DNA of 64,000 nt from Chiloscyllium plagiosum. Lineage: Eukaryota. Below, in pieces: positions 10,690 through 24,854 of this stretch (positions are counted from its first letter, which is position 1; each line of letters opens with the position of its first letter). A model generated the notes under the pieces. The model worked only from the letters and a program-made list of their open reading frames with translations, made no database searches and had not been told where the DNA came from. Both the position numbers and the translations under genes were made by a program. The stretch covers positions 65,033,866 to 65,097,865 of the forward strand of contig NC_057719.1 of the NCBI RefSeq assembly GCF_004010195.1, read 5' to 3'.

Positions 10690-12831
10690 GAAAAGTGATC
10701 CAAAATTCAGTAGATTTGCTTGAGCTGGTTTTGTGGAATGAGATGGGTAAGGGAAAATGGAGCATCGGAAGGAGAACATTTAAGGAACAGTGATTGTAGT
10801 ATTATAAGATTGAGGTTATTTCTGAAAAAAAAGGACATTAAACAATCTAGAATAAAAATATTTAATTTAAACAAGGAAACTTTCAGTGGGATAAGAATGG
10901 ATCCATTCCCTGATAAATGGAATCAAGGATGACAAGAAAAGATGGACTCCCTTTAAAGGGGAGATGGTTCAGGAACTGTTGAAGTATATTTTCCAGAATG
11001 GGAAATGTGGATCAACCAAAGCTAGACCTCCCCGGATACCACAAAAGATTAAGAATAAAATAAAGTAGAAAATGGGTTGATAATGCAAATAAGAAACAGA
11101 CAGAATTAAAAAAAATGTTCTGAGGGAAAGGAAGAAAGGAAATAAGATAGGCAGAGGGAGAGAATGACAAGAAACTGGCAACTAAGGGAATCCAAAAGTC
11201 TCCTATGCATTTACAAGTCGCAAAATAGCATGAAAGGAGGGGCGAAGCAAAAACAAAATGGGATAGGGACAAAGGACACAGCTAAGGTATTCAATGAAAA
11301 CATTGCATCTCTGTTTCGCAAGCAAGAAGATGCAGCTAAAGTCATACTGAAAGATATTGTGGTCGAGTTATTGCTTTCACTAAAAACTGAAGGAAATGTC
11401 GTATAAGAAAATCTGCTTGTTCCTATATTTATTAAGTCACCAAGAACAGATGAAACATGCATTAGGGAATGTCGAAGGAATTAAGTGTAAAATTTGCAGA
11501 GGTGTTGGTTATGATACTCCATTAATACAAGAGTGGTACCAGCAGACTGGAGAATTGCAAATGTTACGGCTTGTTTGAAAAGGGTGCAAGGATCAGCCCT
11601 GCAACCACAGCCGAGTCACTGTTGGGAAAGCTCGAGGACAAAATTCAGTTACTTGCATAAATATGGACTAAGTTGAAGAAAACCAGCACTGACTTGTTGC
11701 AGGCAAAATGTGTTTCGTTAACGTCATTGACTGTTTTAATGAGGTAACAGAGAGGGTTTATGACCATAAAGCAGTTGATGGACGTTTGATAAAGTGCTAT
11801 GTAATAGCCTTCCAAAGGTGAAGACTATGAAATACAAGACACCAGCAACAAACTTGGCTGAATGACAGGAAAAGAAACTAGTGCTGAATGGTTGCTTTTC
11901 AGACTGGAGAAAAGTATCCTATTAACTCCCCAGGCATTGTAATAGAACTACTGCTTTTCATGATAGATATTAATGACATAGATTTAATAGTGCATGGCAT
12001 AATTTCAACACTTGTAGATGATACAAACCTTGAAAGTGTTGCAAAGAGGATAGCGGTAGACCTCAAGAGAACATAGACAAGCTGTTGAGTGGGTGGATTA
12101 TGGCAGAAGAAATTTATTGCAGAGCAGTGTGAAGTGGGATATTTTTATAGTTAGAATGAGGAGAAACAATATCAAATAAAGGGCACCATTCTAAAGGCAG
12201 TGCAAAAGCAGAGAGACCTGGAAAACCATGAGCACAAATCATTGAGGTTGACATGGTGAGAAAAAGGTGAATAAGATCCTAAGCTTTGTAAATAGTGGCA
12301 GAGAGTGCAAAGCAATGAACCTTTATAAAACACTAGTTTAGCCTCAACTAAAAAATCATGCCCCATTTTGGATGTTGAATTTTGGTAAGGACTGAATGCT
12401 TTACAAAACTGGCTCCAGGCATGAGGGGCTTCAGTTGCAAAAATAGATTAGAAAAGCTTTTTAAAAAACTTTTTAAGGAAGAGGATTTTAAGAGATTTGG
12501 TAAAGGTGTTCAAATTCACAGGAGTCCAGATAGTGCAGATAAAAAGGATACTGAAAGTGGTTCCGATTGGCAGAAGTTTCTCGAGAATTAGAGGACACAG
12601 ATTTTCAGTGATTGGCAAAAGAACTGATGGTGATATGAGGTAAACGTTTTTATGTAGCAACGGTTCGAAAAGTGTATGGCTAATATGATCATAGCTTTTA
12701 AAGGGGAATTGATAGAGATCCTGATTAGAGAAAGGTTGCAGGCTGGAAGGCAAGGACAGCGAAATGGAACAAGGTTTTGCATAGACAGGATGAACTGACT
12801 GTCCTCTGCCCGTGCTGTAACCATTCTATGA
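10690..12831 (+). mobile_element. Old, heavily decayed CR1 LINE (end of endonuclease, RT, 3'UTR)
   Basis: GEHLRNSDCSIIR (endonuclease end), LVDDTNL (RT YADD-like), LAPGMRGFS..RLEKL; tail ctgtaaccattctatga at about 12815-12831. Confidence 0.8.
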
Positions 12832-12884
12832 GTGATTAGGAACTGGATCAGAAAGGTTTCAAGACAGTAGGTGTTTCTTATTGT

Positions 12885-13805
12885 AGACTCACAAAGTAAT
12901 GCAGCATGGAAACAGACCCTTCGGTCCAACCAGTCCACGCTGAACATAATCCCAAACTAAACTAGTCCCACCTGCCTATTTCTGGTCCATGTCCCTCCAA
13001 GCCTTTCCTATTCATGTACTTATTTAAATGTCTTTTAAACATTGCAACTGTACCTACATCCATCACTTCCTCTGGAAGTTCATTCCAAATGCAAACCACC
13101 CTTTGTTTGAAAACATTTGCCACTCATGTCTCCTTAAAATCTCTCTCCTTTCACCTTAAAAATATGCCCCCAGTCTTGAAATCCTCCACCCAAGGGAAAA
13201 GATGCCTGCCATTCCCTTACCTGTACCCTTCATGATTTTATAAACCTCTATAAGGTCAGCTCTCAATTTCCTACACTCCAGTGAAAAATGTTGCAGCATA
13301 CCCAGCCTCTCCTTATAACTCACACCTTTCATTCTTGGCAACATACTGGCAAATATTTTTTTGAAGTCACCTCAGCTTTATAATATCTTTCATATAACCA
13401 GGCAATCAGAACTTGGACATAGTACTCTAGAAGAGGCTTCACCAATGTCCTGTACAATCTCAACATGACATCCCGACTCCTATACTCAAAGATCTAAGCA
13501 ACCGTGCTAAACACTTCTTAACCATTCTATCTATATATGATGCAAACTTCAAAGAATTATGTACCTGAACTCCCAGGTCTCCCTGTTCCACAACTCTACC
13601 CAAGGCCATACTTTTAATTGTATAAATCCTGCCCTTGTTAGTTTTACTGAAATGCAATACCTCGCATTTATCCAAATTAAAATCCATCTGCCACTCTTCA
13701 GCCCATTGATCCAATTAATCAAGATGTCTTTGTAACCTTAGATAACCTTCTTCACTGTCCACTATATGACCGATCTTGGTATCATCTGCAACCTTATTAA
13801 CCATG
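12885..13805 (-). mobile_element. 5'-truncated CR1 LINE
   Basis: KVADDTKI, WAEEWQMDFNLDKCEVLHF, LRADLIEVYKIMKG; 3'UTR similar to the copy at 6861. Confidence 0.9.
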
Positions 13806-14064
13806 AATTTGATGAGCAGTAAAGGACTGGGAAATAAATAGTAGCATGTTCTGGGGTCTGGGTGTGAGAAATAAGAACACAGTGGAAAGGAATGTGGTGG
13901 GGTTAGATACACAAAAGTAAAGCATACATTTTTAGTATTCTTGGGCCTTGCTGATCCACCAAACTACACATCCTCAGTATTGGTTCAATGCTTACACTTT
14001 CATTTTCAAAATGATATTGCTCCTCCATTTTGCTTTCCAATATTCTAGCTGGAAAGAACAGAAA

Positions 14065-14310
14065 TAAATGAACTTGCATTTATTTGGGCTTTGTACAACT
14101 TCAAGACATCCTCAAGTGCTTTTGTTTTCTTGAGGTGTAGTCACTGTTGGGATGTAGGAAATGGTGTGGCTGGTTTGCACGCAGGAAGAATCTATCAAAC
14201 AGTATCTAATAATGACCAGGTCATCTGTTTTAGTCACGTTAAGTTTTGGCCAGGACAAAGTGGAAGTGAAGTAAAGAATATGGCTCTTTTTCAACCCAAT
14301 CAGTGGGATA
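14065..14310 (-). mobile_element. SINE fragment (SacSINE1-like)
   Basis: aacttgcatttat..gtgtagtcactgttg..gtaggaaa..ataatgaccag..ggccaggac. Homologous to 26860-27115, 38200-38440 and 58135-58305. Family name tentative. Confidence 0.6.
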
Positions 14311-16025
14311 GGGGATTGATAACAGAGATAACAATATACATTTGGCAATATATCTGGAATACTTAACATTTTAAATGATGGAATATCCATGTATTTAATT
14401 GAAATCCAGAACTAGACTCTTCTGTTAGTAATTTTAGTTTGGAGATTAGCTTTAAATTTTGGCCAAACTTTGTGTTGCCTGAGTGACTGAAATTTGCTTA
14501 CATATTGTGAGGATTACATAATCTAACATATTTCAGTTAATCAACTCCAGGCAACAATTTAAACTATTTTTTAATTGTTTAAAATAGACAATTAAAAAAA
14601 CTTGCTTTGGAGAATCTCATGCACTAATTTTAACTTGAGTTTATTTTTATAAAGCAATCTCATATGTTTCATTAAGTAATTTTGTGATATTCCTTTTGCC
14701 TCTCAGGAACAACCAAAAATGTTTACTTCTTTGATTTTAGATTGTGGTCCATGGTTAGCTTTTCCATCAAAAAGCAAGTGTGCATGAATGTAAACATGAA
14801 ATTCTTTCCTGTTAATCAAAAATAATCCATTGCATGTCATGTAAAAGGTTTTTCATCTATTATTAAATACTGCCACATAGTAGTAACATACAGATTAGTC
14901 TGGAGCTGTTAAAACAACTACAATGTTAATAGCAGAACACCATCATTTTATCATGAATGCTTTTCATCAGATGACAATAAATACCAGTAACAAAGTTGGA
15001 TTGCTCTTTCATAAATTTCATTATTATATAGAAATGGCAAGTACTTAGTATATTCTGGAATATGTTTTATTCTAATGCAATAAGTGTCTGAGTAAAGATC
15101 AATTTAGTTTTTCAACTTGTACCTGGACAGTAAGTAGATTCTCAAATAACTTAATATTCTAGTTATTTTTCAGCAGACATGCCTGTACAGTCATGAGTTA
15201 CTGATTCATTTTGGAGAATAGGCCAGACTTGATTGGGGGGAAATTGCATTCATTTCTCACAGATTAACGTGTTCCAACAGATTGTGCCTCAGTTTGGAAA
15301 ACAGTTGTTTTAGTAAATCTTGTGTTACTTTAGGAGGTATTTTTCTTCCATAAATAATCATTATAAATTGAACCATTGCCTCAGGCAGAGTGCTGAGCCC
15401 TTGGAGGAGCCTGTGGCAAAGGGTGCTTCATAGTCAACTGTATTGCAGAGGTTTATTTCTGTAACCCAGGGGGTTTGCTTCATAACCTGCTGGTCAGAAA
15501 GTCTGTGCAAGTCTTTAGCTGGCACACTGCAGCAAATGTCTAGGAACTTAATTGGAACTAATAAAAAGGGCTTCTGTGGAAATACCAGGAGAAACCCAGG
15601 GAGACTTATATGGAAAAATGTCTCTCGTAACGACGACAGTTGTTAAAATAATAATTCAACGACTTGCATTTAAAGATTCCATGGAGAAAGACAGCGAGAG
15701 AGAGAGAGAGAAAGAGAACCCAATAGAAATAATTTCATGAATATCCTGGAGGGAATAATTCTTTATTTGCGTACAAGTTACAGAATGGAAACTAGACAGT
15801 TGGCCCAACTTGCTCATATTAGTCTTTACCCTTACATCCAGGCAATGTACTTATTTATAGTCTATTAGCTTCTTTTATCTACTCAGTCAATAAAAACTTT
15901 TTCTGGTGCAGTTATAGTCACATGGTACACTCACAAGTATAAGGTATTCATGAATTGGGTCCTTTTGACAAATGATACTGAACTTTCACCTCAGATGTCT
16001 TGATCAGTCATTTTTAACTTTGCAG

Positions 16026-16352
16026 ATTAGATTTTTTTTTAGATTTCCTACAGTGTGGAAACAGGCCCTTTGGCCCAACCAGTCCACACCGGCCCTCTGA
16101 AGGTGTTCCCACCCAGAGTAACCCACCCAGATCCATTTCCCTCTGACTAATGCACCTAACACTATGGGCAATTTAGCATGACCAATTCACCTGATCTGCA
16201 CATCTTTGGACTGTGGGAGGAAACCGGAACACCTGCAGGAAACCCACGCAGACACGGGGAGAATGTGCAAACTCCACACAGAGAGTCACCCGAGGCTGGA
16301 ATCGAACCTGGGACTGTGAGACAGCAGTGCTAACCACTGATCCACCGTGCCA
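16026..16352 (-). mobile_element. HE1-type tRNA-derived SINE
   Basis: Reverse complement of ggcacggtg..cagtggttagcactgct head with ggttcgattcc B-box; body tgtgtggagtttgcacattctcccc; tail ttccacactgtagg..atcta. Confidence 0.9.
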
Positions 16353-16779
16353 TCCTAAGATGCCAGTATACTTTTTAAAGAGACATCATTACATCACAAT
16401 TTGTTTCATACATTTTAATTTCAGGCAATGTTGAGAAATCGCTAAAGCACCACACTTGTTTATAATGTCAGATGAACCCTTCTTGTGTTTTAAAACATTT
16501 GAAACCCCACTCTCAACCCCTGTGATATTCACCTGTGATATGCCTCGTCAAATATAGAGTCAATGTTACAAGTTTGTCTCACCTTTTCAGTCTGTAAGGA
16601 ACAGCAAAGCATCAGAGCAAAAACATTCTAGAACATGCTAAGTACTTCTCATTTCTTTGTAATAATGGATTTTATGAAAGGCCTATCCAACTTTGTTATT
16701 GGTGTTTACAATTATCTGATGAGAAGAATTCAGGACAAAATGATGGTGTTCTGCTATTAACATTGCTATGTATGAGTTA

Positions 16780-17697
16780 CGAGAGGTAGCTCTTCGCTGG
16801 AGCTCATCCGCTGTCACCTGCTTTCTTTCTTTTTTTCATCTTTTGCTTCTGTTCTTTTCCTTTTTTTTCTTTTCTGTGATGGATTGGTTGGCAGCATCAG
16901 TGTGGCTGCGACAGCGGGCCACGTTCAGAGTGGCGGATGTGGCTTCTCCCAGCAATTAGAGGTGGCAGCAGCAGCAGTGGCAGCAAAGATGCCCTCTAGT
17001 GTTTGGGGCCACCAGCAGAAGAACCTCTCCAGCGATTGGGGGTGGGGGCACCGGCAGCAGCGGACTCTTCAAGATGGCGGCTCTGGCTAGGCAACATCTG
17101 CAGCTGAAATGGGACCCTTGGTATGGCAGGGGTCTGTCCTGGCAGTGGAACCAGGGACTCGCAGTTGCAGTGGGCCTCGAGTAGGGACTCTGGCACTGGT
17201 GCGGCAGCAGCGGAGCCAGGGACTCCTGGTCATGATCGTGGTAGACCTGGAGCAAGGACTTCCAGTTATTGGTGAGATGGCAGCAGCAACAGAGCCGGGA
17301 ACACCTGGTTGCGGGGTGAGTGTAGATTCAGTGGCATCAGCTAGGTGGACCCAGTGGTGAAGAGTGGTGACTCCTATATTGTTGGGTCCAACGCAGCTGG
17401 CAGCGAGACAGAGTAGATCTTACCTTTAATTACTGGAAGATAGCTGCTGGATGGACTGGCTTGGCAAGACTGTTAATCTGAACTTATTACTTCTGTATTT
17501 TTAAAATTTATTCCCATGGTCTGTAATGCTGGACTTTTTATTTATTTACTTTTCAACTTTGTTTTCCCAAGGATTTGTTTTTAGGAATCTGTACCTGGGT
17601 ATCTTTGTACCTAAGATACCGGCAACTTGTAAACTTTTCACTGAACTCATTTGAGTATGTGACAATAAAGCTAATTCATTCGATTCAATTCAATTCA
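16780..17697 (+). mobile_element. Non-autonomous non-LTR element with Rex1/RTE-like 3' end
   Basis: GC-rich body with degenerate internal repeats and no RT motifs; ends gtgacAATAAAgct followed by an (aattc)n tail at about 17672-17697. Confidence 0.55.
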
Positions 17698-19279
17698 TCT
17701 GCTGGTGGAGCTTACCTGCAAATTAGGAGTGAATTTAATATACACTTTTCATCAATATGCGATCAGTGGACTTGAAAATAAAATGCAGTGTCCAGTAGGC
17801 CTTTTTGTCTTATTCCCGAGAGGACTCCTACATCTTGCAACATTTTGTAATTATTTATGTATCAAAATGTTCATAATTGTGCAATCCTTTATTATTTTAT
17901 ACTTTCATTTATTTTAATGGTTGTCTATAAGTGTTACAAATCATGAATTTTTGTATTACTTGTATCTTGCTTGTATTTACTCAGTATTGTCATCACAATT
18001 CAACACCTGCCTCCAAGATAATTTTTCAACAAACCATGTCTATCTCCCACCCCCTTTCATTCATATGTGTGTATTCATGTCTTTCCATCCAATTAATTTC
18101 TTGCTTTAGAATTTACAGGAATATTTCCAGCTCATTCAACTTGCTGCCTTGCCTTTCTCAGCTTCAGACTGTGTTTCCAGTAAACAGTCATGTTTGAAGC
18201 ACCACTTTCAAATATTTGAAGGCAGGTCAGAGTTTCACCTGAATGTTAAATCCTGCTTCCTGAGGCCTGAAAGAACTAATGTTTGTTATTATTAAACACT
18301 TGTAGATCATGAACAAAACCACAGTGCAGATGGCATACCTGAGTCATAGCCTTTCCAGGGAAACTAGTGATTCCTCACACACACATGTTATCATTGCCTG
18401 CCACACCTAGATGGCTCACTCAGGTTGGAGAGAAACAATTGCCTTCATTAGCAACTGAACTTGTTGGAAGCTTGTTCTCTTGTCTCCACACAGAACTTTC
18501 CTCTCCTCATTTGTCATCACCACTATGATTTACCCATCAGCAGTCATAGTACCTTTACTTTCAGGCAGAACATGCCTCTGTACATTGCACTTAATTATTC
18601 CGGTAAAGCTTGGACATCTTTCCTTTTGTTAAATTAGCTCATGCAAGCTTTGGCCTACAGTCAATTATATACTGTTCAACATCACCTGCTGAACTCTGGG
18701 CAACGATGTAAAAGAGATGCCACTGAAACAGCGCCCATTATACATCTCTCCAGCATTTCATTTCTATTAACATCAAATGAAACAAAAATCAAGTGCTATA
18801 CAAGTTACAATCGAGGAGCGCACAATTTTGATTGTACTATACTTTAGCTCAAAATTAACATGACCCCTGATGTGCTGGTTTAGAATGCATTAACAGACAT
18901 GTAGTTTTCTTTATATTTCATAATTCATTTTGGATGAGGTAGGGATCGCTGGTGAGAAGCAAGCATAGACAAAATCCTTTTGCATTTTCTCCTGAAGTGC
19001 ACACATCTTATTCATATCTATTCCTTGCATTAATTAGGAGAAAAGGTGAATGATAGCTGCAGGCTGCATTGTTTGCTTATTGCAGGTCAGCAGCATTGAA
19101 GCTGGTAATGACTTGTTCTGTCCAGGTCTGCTTGAGATTGATGACTCTGATTATTAGTTACAAATTAAATGTTGTTTATTCTTTAGAACAATGTTATTGC
19201 TTGCTACTTTGGCTCCAGGGATGCTGCAAGTGTTCAAAGAGATCTGCTAAAAAAGAACACTCAATACTTAATTTGACAA

Positions 19280-19545
19280 AACACCTGTCAAACCTGGAAC
19301 CTTCAGCACTGAGAAGGACAGGGGCAGCAGGTGCATGGGAACATCATCCCCTCCAAGCCACATACCATCCTCTGGGCATATTTGGACAATCCTCCATTGT
19401 TGTCAGGTTCAACACCCTTGAAGTCTCTCACTGTTAGTATCATAGAAGCAGCTTTACCACATAGACGTCAGTGGTTCAATAAGAAGGCTGAGCACCATTG
19501 TCTCAAGGGCCATTAGCGAAGGGCAATAAGTATTTCCCCTGAATA
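19280..19545 (+). mobile_element. CR1-like LINE 3' end (second family)
   Basis: aaggacaggggcagcagg..cctccaagccac..ggttcaataagaaggct..tctcaagggc..gggcaataa. Homologous to the minus-strand copies at 54160 and 58545. Confidence 0.6.
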
Positions 19546-19619
19546 GTCCATTCCTGCTCTCCTTGCTCCTTTTTAAAAATATTGCTAGTACAGCCTGATC
19601 TTGAAGATTAACTAAGGAT

Positions 19620-19820
19620 ATATGTGGACTACATATAGTGGAGGCAGGTTCAATCAAAGCATTCTGAATTGAATTAGATAGTTGTCTGAAAAAGAAGGAT
19701 GCACAGGGTTATGAGGAAAAGGTCAGGGAATGGCACTAAAGAAACTGCTGATTTGAAGATCTGGTGCAGACGTGGTGACCTGAATGACCTCTTTCTGAGA
19801 TGTAACAATTCAGTGATTTA
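19620..19820 (+). mobile_element. Old CR1 3' end
   Basis: gtggaggcaggttcaatc..gaattagatag..cagggttatgagg..tgtaacaattc. Confidence 0.55.
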
Positions 19821-20299
19821 ATTATTCTATTATCGACTTTTAAAATTAAATAATTGTTTGGAGTCAAACATCTCTATTATATGAGAAGTATGTAAATAGG
19901 CAAAAAAACAGTTTAACACAGGCTTTTTCCTTAAGTGATTATAATCTAATTATATCATAACAACTGTCAATAATGTATGTTTTGCTTATCAGCCAGAAAT
20001 TGCCTTAATTTAACAGACCTTACCAGACTGTCACATGATTCACAACTGACTAAAATTAGGCTTATCAAAAGTGATATGTTAAAAAGTTGTTTCTTACCAA
20101 TCTGATGACAGCTTTATTTGAGTTTGAACTTACAAATTGTTTACATTTCTGGAAGATCCTTCATTAAACTTTGGCTCCCAATGATGGGCTGAAATCTATT
20201 TGGACAAGGAATTTAATTATAAGTATTACCCGTAAAACTGCACAGTTTTGATTAGACAGGGGCAAGAAGATAACCAGGGAAAGAAAGGGTTCATTAGTG

Positions 20300-22742
20300 A
20301 CTGAAGTGATAATCTGTGTATGTAGCTAGAAGATTTAGGTGAGGTTTTAAATGAAGAACTTTACATCTGTATTCAATATAAACAAATACAATGTAGGTAT
20401 CACAATCAAGTAGGGGCTGTTACATATTTGAACAACTTAACATTGTGGTTTTATCGGGCTTAAGTGGACAAATGAGATGTACGCAGTTTTCTGTAGGAGC
20501 CAGTGGATGAGATTGTAAGATTTTGACATGAATTTTCAAATCCTTTCTGATCACCGGAGAGGATTGGAGGAGAGCTAATGTCATAAAATTGTTGTAGAAA
20601 GATGGTGGTGATAAATCAGGGTGCCACAAGTTGAACATTGGTGGTAGGGAAACTATTGGAAAAAGTTATGGGGGACAGAATTAATCTCCACTTGGAGTGG
20701 CAAGGATTAGTCGGGAATATTCAGCTCAGTTTTGTCAAGAGGAGATCGTGCCCAACGAAACGTTTTCTAGGAGGTGACTGAGTTTATAGATGAGAGCCCA
20801 GCACAAATCCTACATGGGTTTCTTTAAGGCTTTATAACAAGATGTCTCATGGGACCTGCGTTAAGGAGGTAAGAGCCTATGGAATCGAGGACAACCTGGC
20901 AGATTGGCTGAAGGCAGAGGGCAATGGGTCAAAGGTTATTTTTGTGACTGGAAGCTTGAGTTCAGGCTTTGGTGTATTCAGGCTTTTATGCTGGGTTCTT
21001 TGTGGTTTATGCTAATGATCAAGACACAAAAATAGGAGGTATCATCAGTAAGTTCACAGATGATATGAACATTGCTGGTGTGCCAACTAGCAAGGAGAAA
21101 AGCCTCGGATTTATAGGATAATATAGGTGAGCAGATCAGATGGTGATCAATGGTAAATAGAATTTAACGTGGAAGACCATGTGGTGATGCATTTTAGGAG
21201 GACTGACACAGTAAGGGGGTATATGAAGAATGGTAGAACTCTCAGAAGTACAGAGAAGGTATGGCAGAGTGGTGCTGCTATACTAGTTAACTGGTAACAT
21301 AGAACCCCAGGTTAATGTTGTGGGGACATGAGTTAAAAGCCCAGTAGATAGTGAAATTGGATTTCAGTAAAAATCTGTAATAAAAACTTGTCAAATAGCA
21401 GCCATGTAACCACTATTGATTGTTATTTTAAAACGTCTAGTTCACTAATGCCTTTTAAAGAAGGAAGTCTGTCATCCTTATCCGGTCTGCCTTATATGTG
21501 ACTCCAGCCCTGCTACAATGTGGTTGGAATGGAAAATGAAAGATGGGCATTAAATGAGTTCATTCCAATGAGCAATTGAAAAAAGGCTCTGTTTGAAGAG
21601 ATGGACACATCCATGCTTTGCACTGCTTTCCATTTTGCTTGCACAGATTTCAGGGGCATGGAATTGGGAGGGTAAGAGAACAGGCTGGGCATGGGGAAGC
21701 AGATATCAGGATGGGGAGGGTGGTGAAAGATTGGTATGGTGGTGAGGATGGAGATCAAGATCTGAGAAAGAATCAAAGGGCGAGAGGGCATGCAGAAGGG
21801 AGACAGAGGGGGAAGTTTATAGGGGGGGCCTGTTTACGGGCCTCTGGGCCCTCTTCCTTTCTTGCTACAGACAGCTCCACCCTCTGCCCACCACTGAAGC
21901 TCAGTTCAAAATCACATGCTTTTCTCTGCGCATGCGCAGCAAAGTCTTTGTGCATGACATCGCATGTAAGTCTATGTGACGATGTCAGCATTTGGAACCA
22001 CATGTAGCCGAATGAGCAGGCATGAGTAGTCGCTCACAAGTGTCAATGTCAACAAACACTGCCATAAAATCAGGATCAGTATGCATATCCACAGATCCGT
22101 GAAGGCAGCAGACAGGTGGATAAAGTGGTTAAGACAGTATTTGGGACAGCATTGAGTACAAGAGCAGAGAGGTTATGATGGAGCTGGATATAATGGTAGT
22201 TAGGCCACAATGGAATATTGGGTACAGTTCTGGTTGCTACATTTTAAGAAGGATGTGGTTACGATAGAGAGAGTGAGAGGAGGTGCATCAGGATGTTGTC
22301 TTGGACGGAGTGATTCAGTTATAAAGAGGGACTAGGTAGGCTGGGGTTGTTTGCCTTATGTTAGATTAAGAAAGGACCTGACTAAAGTGTACACAATTAT
22401 GAGGGGCTTAGGTAAGGTAGGTAGAGTTGATAGGAAGAAACTTTTCTCTCGAATAGAGAGATCAATAACCATGAAGCATAGATTTAAGGTAGGGGGCAGA
22501 AAATTCAAAGCAGATGTGAGGAAAAATGTTTTTACTGTGAAGGAAGTGGGTACCTGGAATGCACTTTCTAAAACGATGTTAGATTTGGGCACGCTCACAA
22601 CATTTAAGAAGTAAACATTTCAAAGTCCACAGCATACAAGGACATGGGCTGCGCTGGGAAATGGGATCAAGCTAGATAAGTGCTTAAGGACAAGCATAGA
22701 TACAATAGGCCGAATTCTGTAAAACCTTTTGGCTCCATGAAT
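20300..22742 (+). mobile_element. Old CR1 LINE, interrupted at about 21258-22070 by nested insertions
   Basis: gaggattggaggagagctaatgt, aagttcacagatgat (FTDD), and ORF 22351..22614 (RLRKDLTKVYTIMRG..VGTWNAL). RT sequence resumes at about 22075. Confidence 0.8.
21258..21555 (+). mobile_element. tRNA-derived SINE with CR1-like tail, nested in CR1
   Basis: ttcactaatg..aaggaa.tctg.catcctta..atgtgactccag..gatgggcattaaatg. Homologous to 41330-41815. Confidence 0.65.
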
Positions 22743-24069
22743 TCTATTTAGCTCATTCCAAACAATTTAAGATGTGTGTTTAGTTAAGTATGACAATATA
22801 AAGGAATTAAAATTGGATAGCCTTTCCTTTGGACATAAAATGTGTGGGAAGTGTGTGGAACATGTGTGGGAAGTGTACTCATTTGGCAGTGGGTTGTCCT
22901 GTGACATGTCTGCTTAGGCATTGGGCCCACTGTAAGAGTCACAGGCCTCAATGTTTAGGTGTTCCTTGGAGGACACTTAAATCATCATAATTTCTGCATT
23001 AATTAATGGCTTCAAGCCTCTAGAAGCATGCTTGTAGATGTCAACGATGACTGCAGCCTCACTGTTTCGGAAACTTCAGCAATCCTTGTGATACAGGATA
23101 AATCAGGAAATCAGTATTTGAATCAGAATTGGACTGATCCACAGCACTCTCCCTATAACCTTCTGTAATCCTCCTCAGCTGAGAGTTATTGCCAGCAAAG
23201 TGGGTGACCTCAAGTTGGTTGCTTTTCCTAGAAAGAACTGCAGTGAAGCCAGGACCAGCACCAAGCAACTCATTTTTTTGTTGTAAGTTGTTAATATTCC
23301 AGTGACTCCTATTCCAGTTACACAGAGGGAGGCATCAATACAACAATGTTGATGAAACCATAGGACCAAATTTAACCAAGCTTTGGGCCTAAATATTCAG
23401 ATGCATGTTGCTTGCACAGCACCAAGACTGGGATCTGAAATGGGTGCAGATGAATTTTCACCACAAACAGCTGCAAAGGCGTGACACTATATTTTTGAAA
23501 GTTTGACAAAATGATCCAGGAAGCAGCTGACTACAATGACAATGACAAAAACAAGTCTTATCTCTGAGCTGACCCAGCTGACAAAAGTAGTAGTAGAGAT
23601 CGTAGGAAGACACTTGACCTTACTCTTCCTGAACTAGGGGAAAGGTAAATCTTCTATGAATCCAATCCTAATTTTATCCAGTGACCTCTTCTCAAAGTCA
23701 TCGTATATGGATATCAGGTCTTGCTGAGAAGACTTACTTTCTGTCAAAGTCCCTGGCACATTTTACAATGGATGCTTCTGTGGAGTTTATCCCAAGGAAG
23801 AAAGAACATACTGAGGGTAAGATGAGGCAACTGTGGCTGACAGACAAAGTCAGGGACAGCATAAAAACAAAAGAAAAAGCATGCAATATGGTGAAAATTG
23901 GTGGTGAGCCATTAAAACCTGCAGAGGATAATGAAAAAAACAATAATAGGAGAAGAAAAATGAAATATAAGAGTAAGCGAGGTAGTAATATGCAGATGGT
24001 TGCAAGAGCTCTTTATTAGATACCTAAAAGGTATGAAAGAGACATGAGTGGACACTAGCCCAGTGGAAC

Positions 24070-24464
24070 AAACAGAATACTGAATGACCTGGACAGAGTA
24101 GATGTTGGGAAGATGTGTCCATTAGTAGGAGAGACTAGGACCCAATGGTATAGCCTTGGAGTAAAGGGAAGTCCTTTTAGAACTGAGATAAAGAGAAATG
24201 TCTTCAGCCACAGAATGGTGAATCTATGGAAATCATTGTCACAGAAGAAATCATTGCCATAGAAGGCTGTGGAGTCCAGGTCATTGAGTATATTTAAGAC
24301 TAAGTTAGAAAGGTTCATGAGTATCAAGTGGATCAAGGGTTACAGGGAGAAAACGAGAGAATGGGGTTGAGAAACCTATCAGCCATGATTGAATGACGGA
24401 GAAGACTTGATAGACTGAATGGCCTAATTTCTGCTCCTATGTCTTATAGTCTTATGGTCTTATG
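24070..24464 (+). mobile_element. CR1 3' end nested in another CR1
   Basis: ORF2 C-terminal sequence and a (tcttatgg)n-type tail at about 24442-24464, lying upstream of the host element's RT region. Confidence 0.8.
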
Positions 24465-24854
24465 GAAGTAGGGACTGGAGAAGTACTGATGGGGAGCAAA
24501 GAACTGGCAGAGGAACATTAGTTTCCAAAGTGGAAGACACCACAGCATACCAGAACTTCAAGAGAGTCAGTGGGGCAGAGGTGAGTGTAGTGGTCATCAC
24601 TGAGGAGAAGGAGCTGGCAAAGCTGAAAGGTCTGAAGGTGGATAAATCACCCAGACCAGTGGACTACACTCCAAAGTTCTGAATGAGACAGCTGAGGAGA
24701 TTGTAGAAGCATTGCTGGTGATCTTTCAGAAATCACTGGAATCCGGAAGGGTCCCAGAGGACTGGGAAATAACTAATGTAACGCACCTGTTTAAAAAGGG
24801 AGGGAGGCAGAAGACAGAAAATTAAAAGCCTGTTAGCTGACTTCAGTCATTGGT

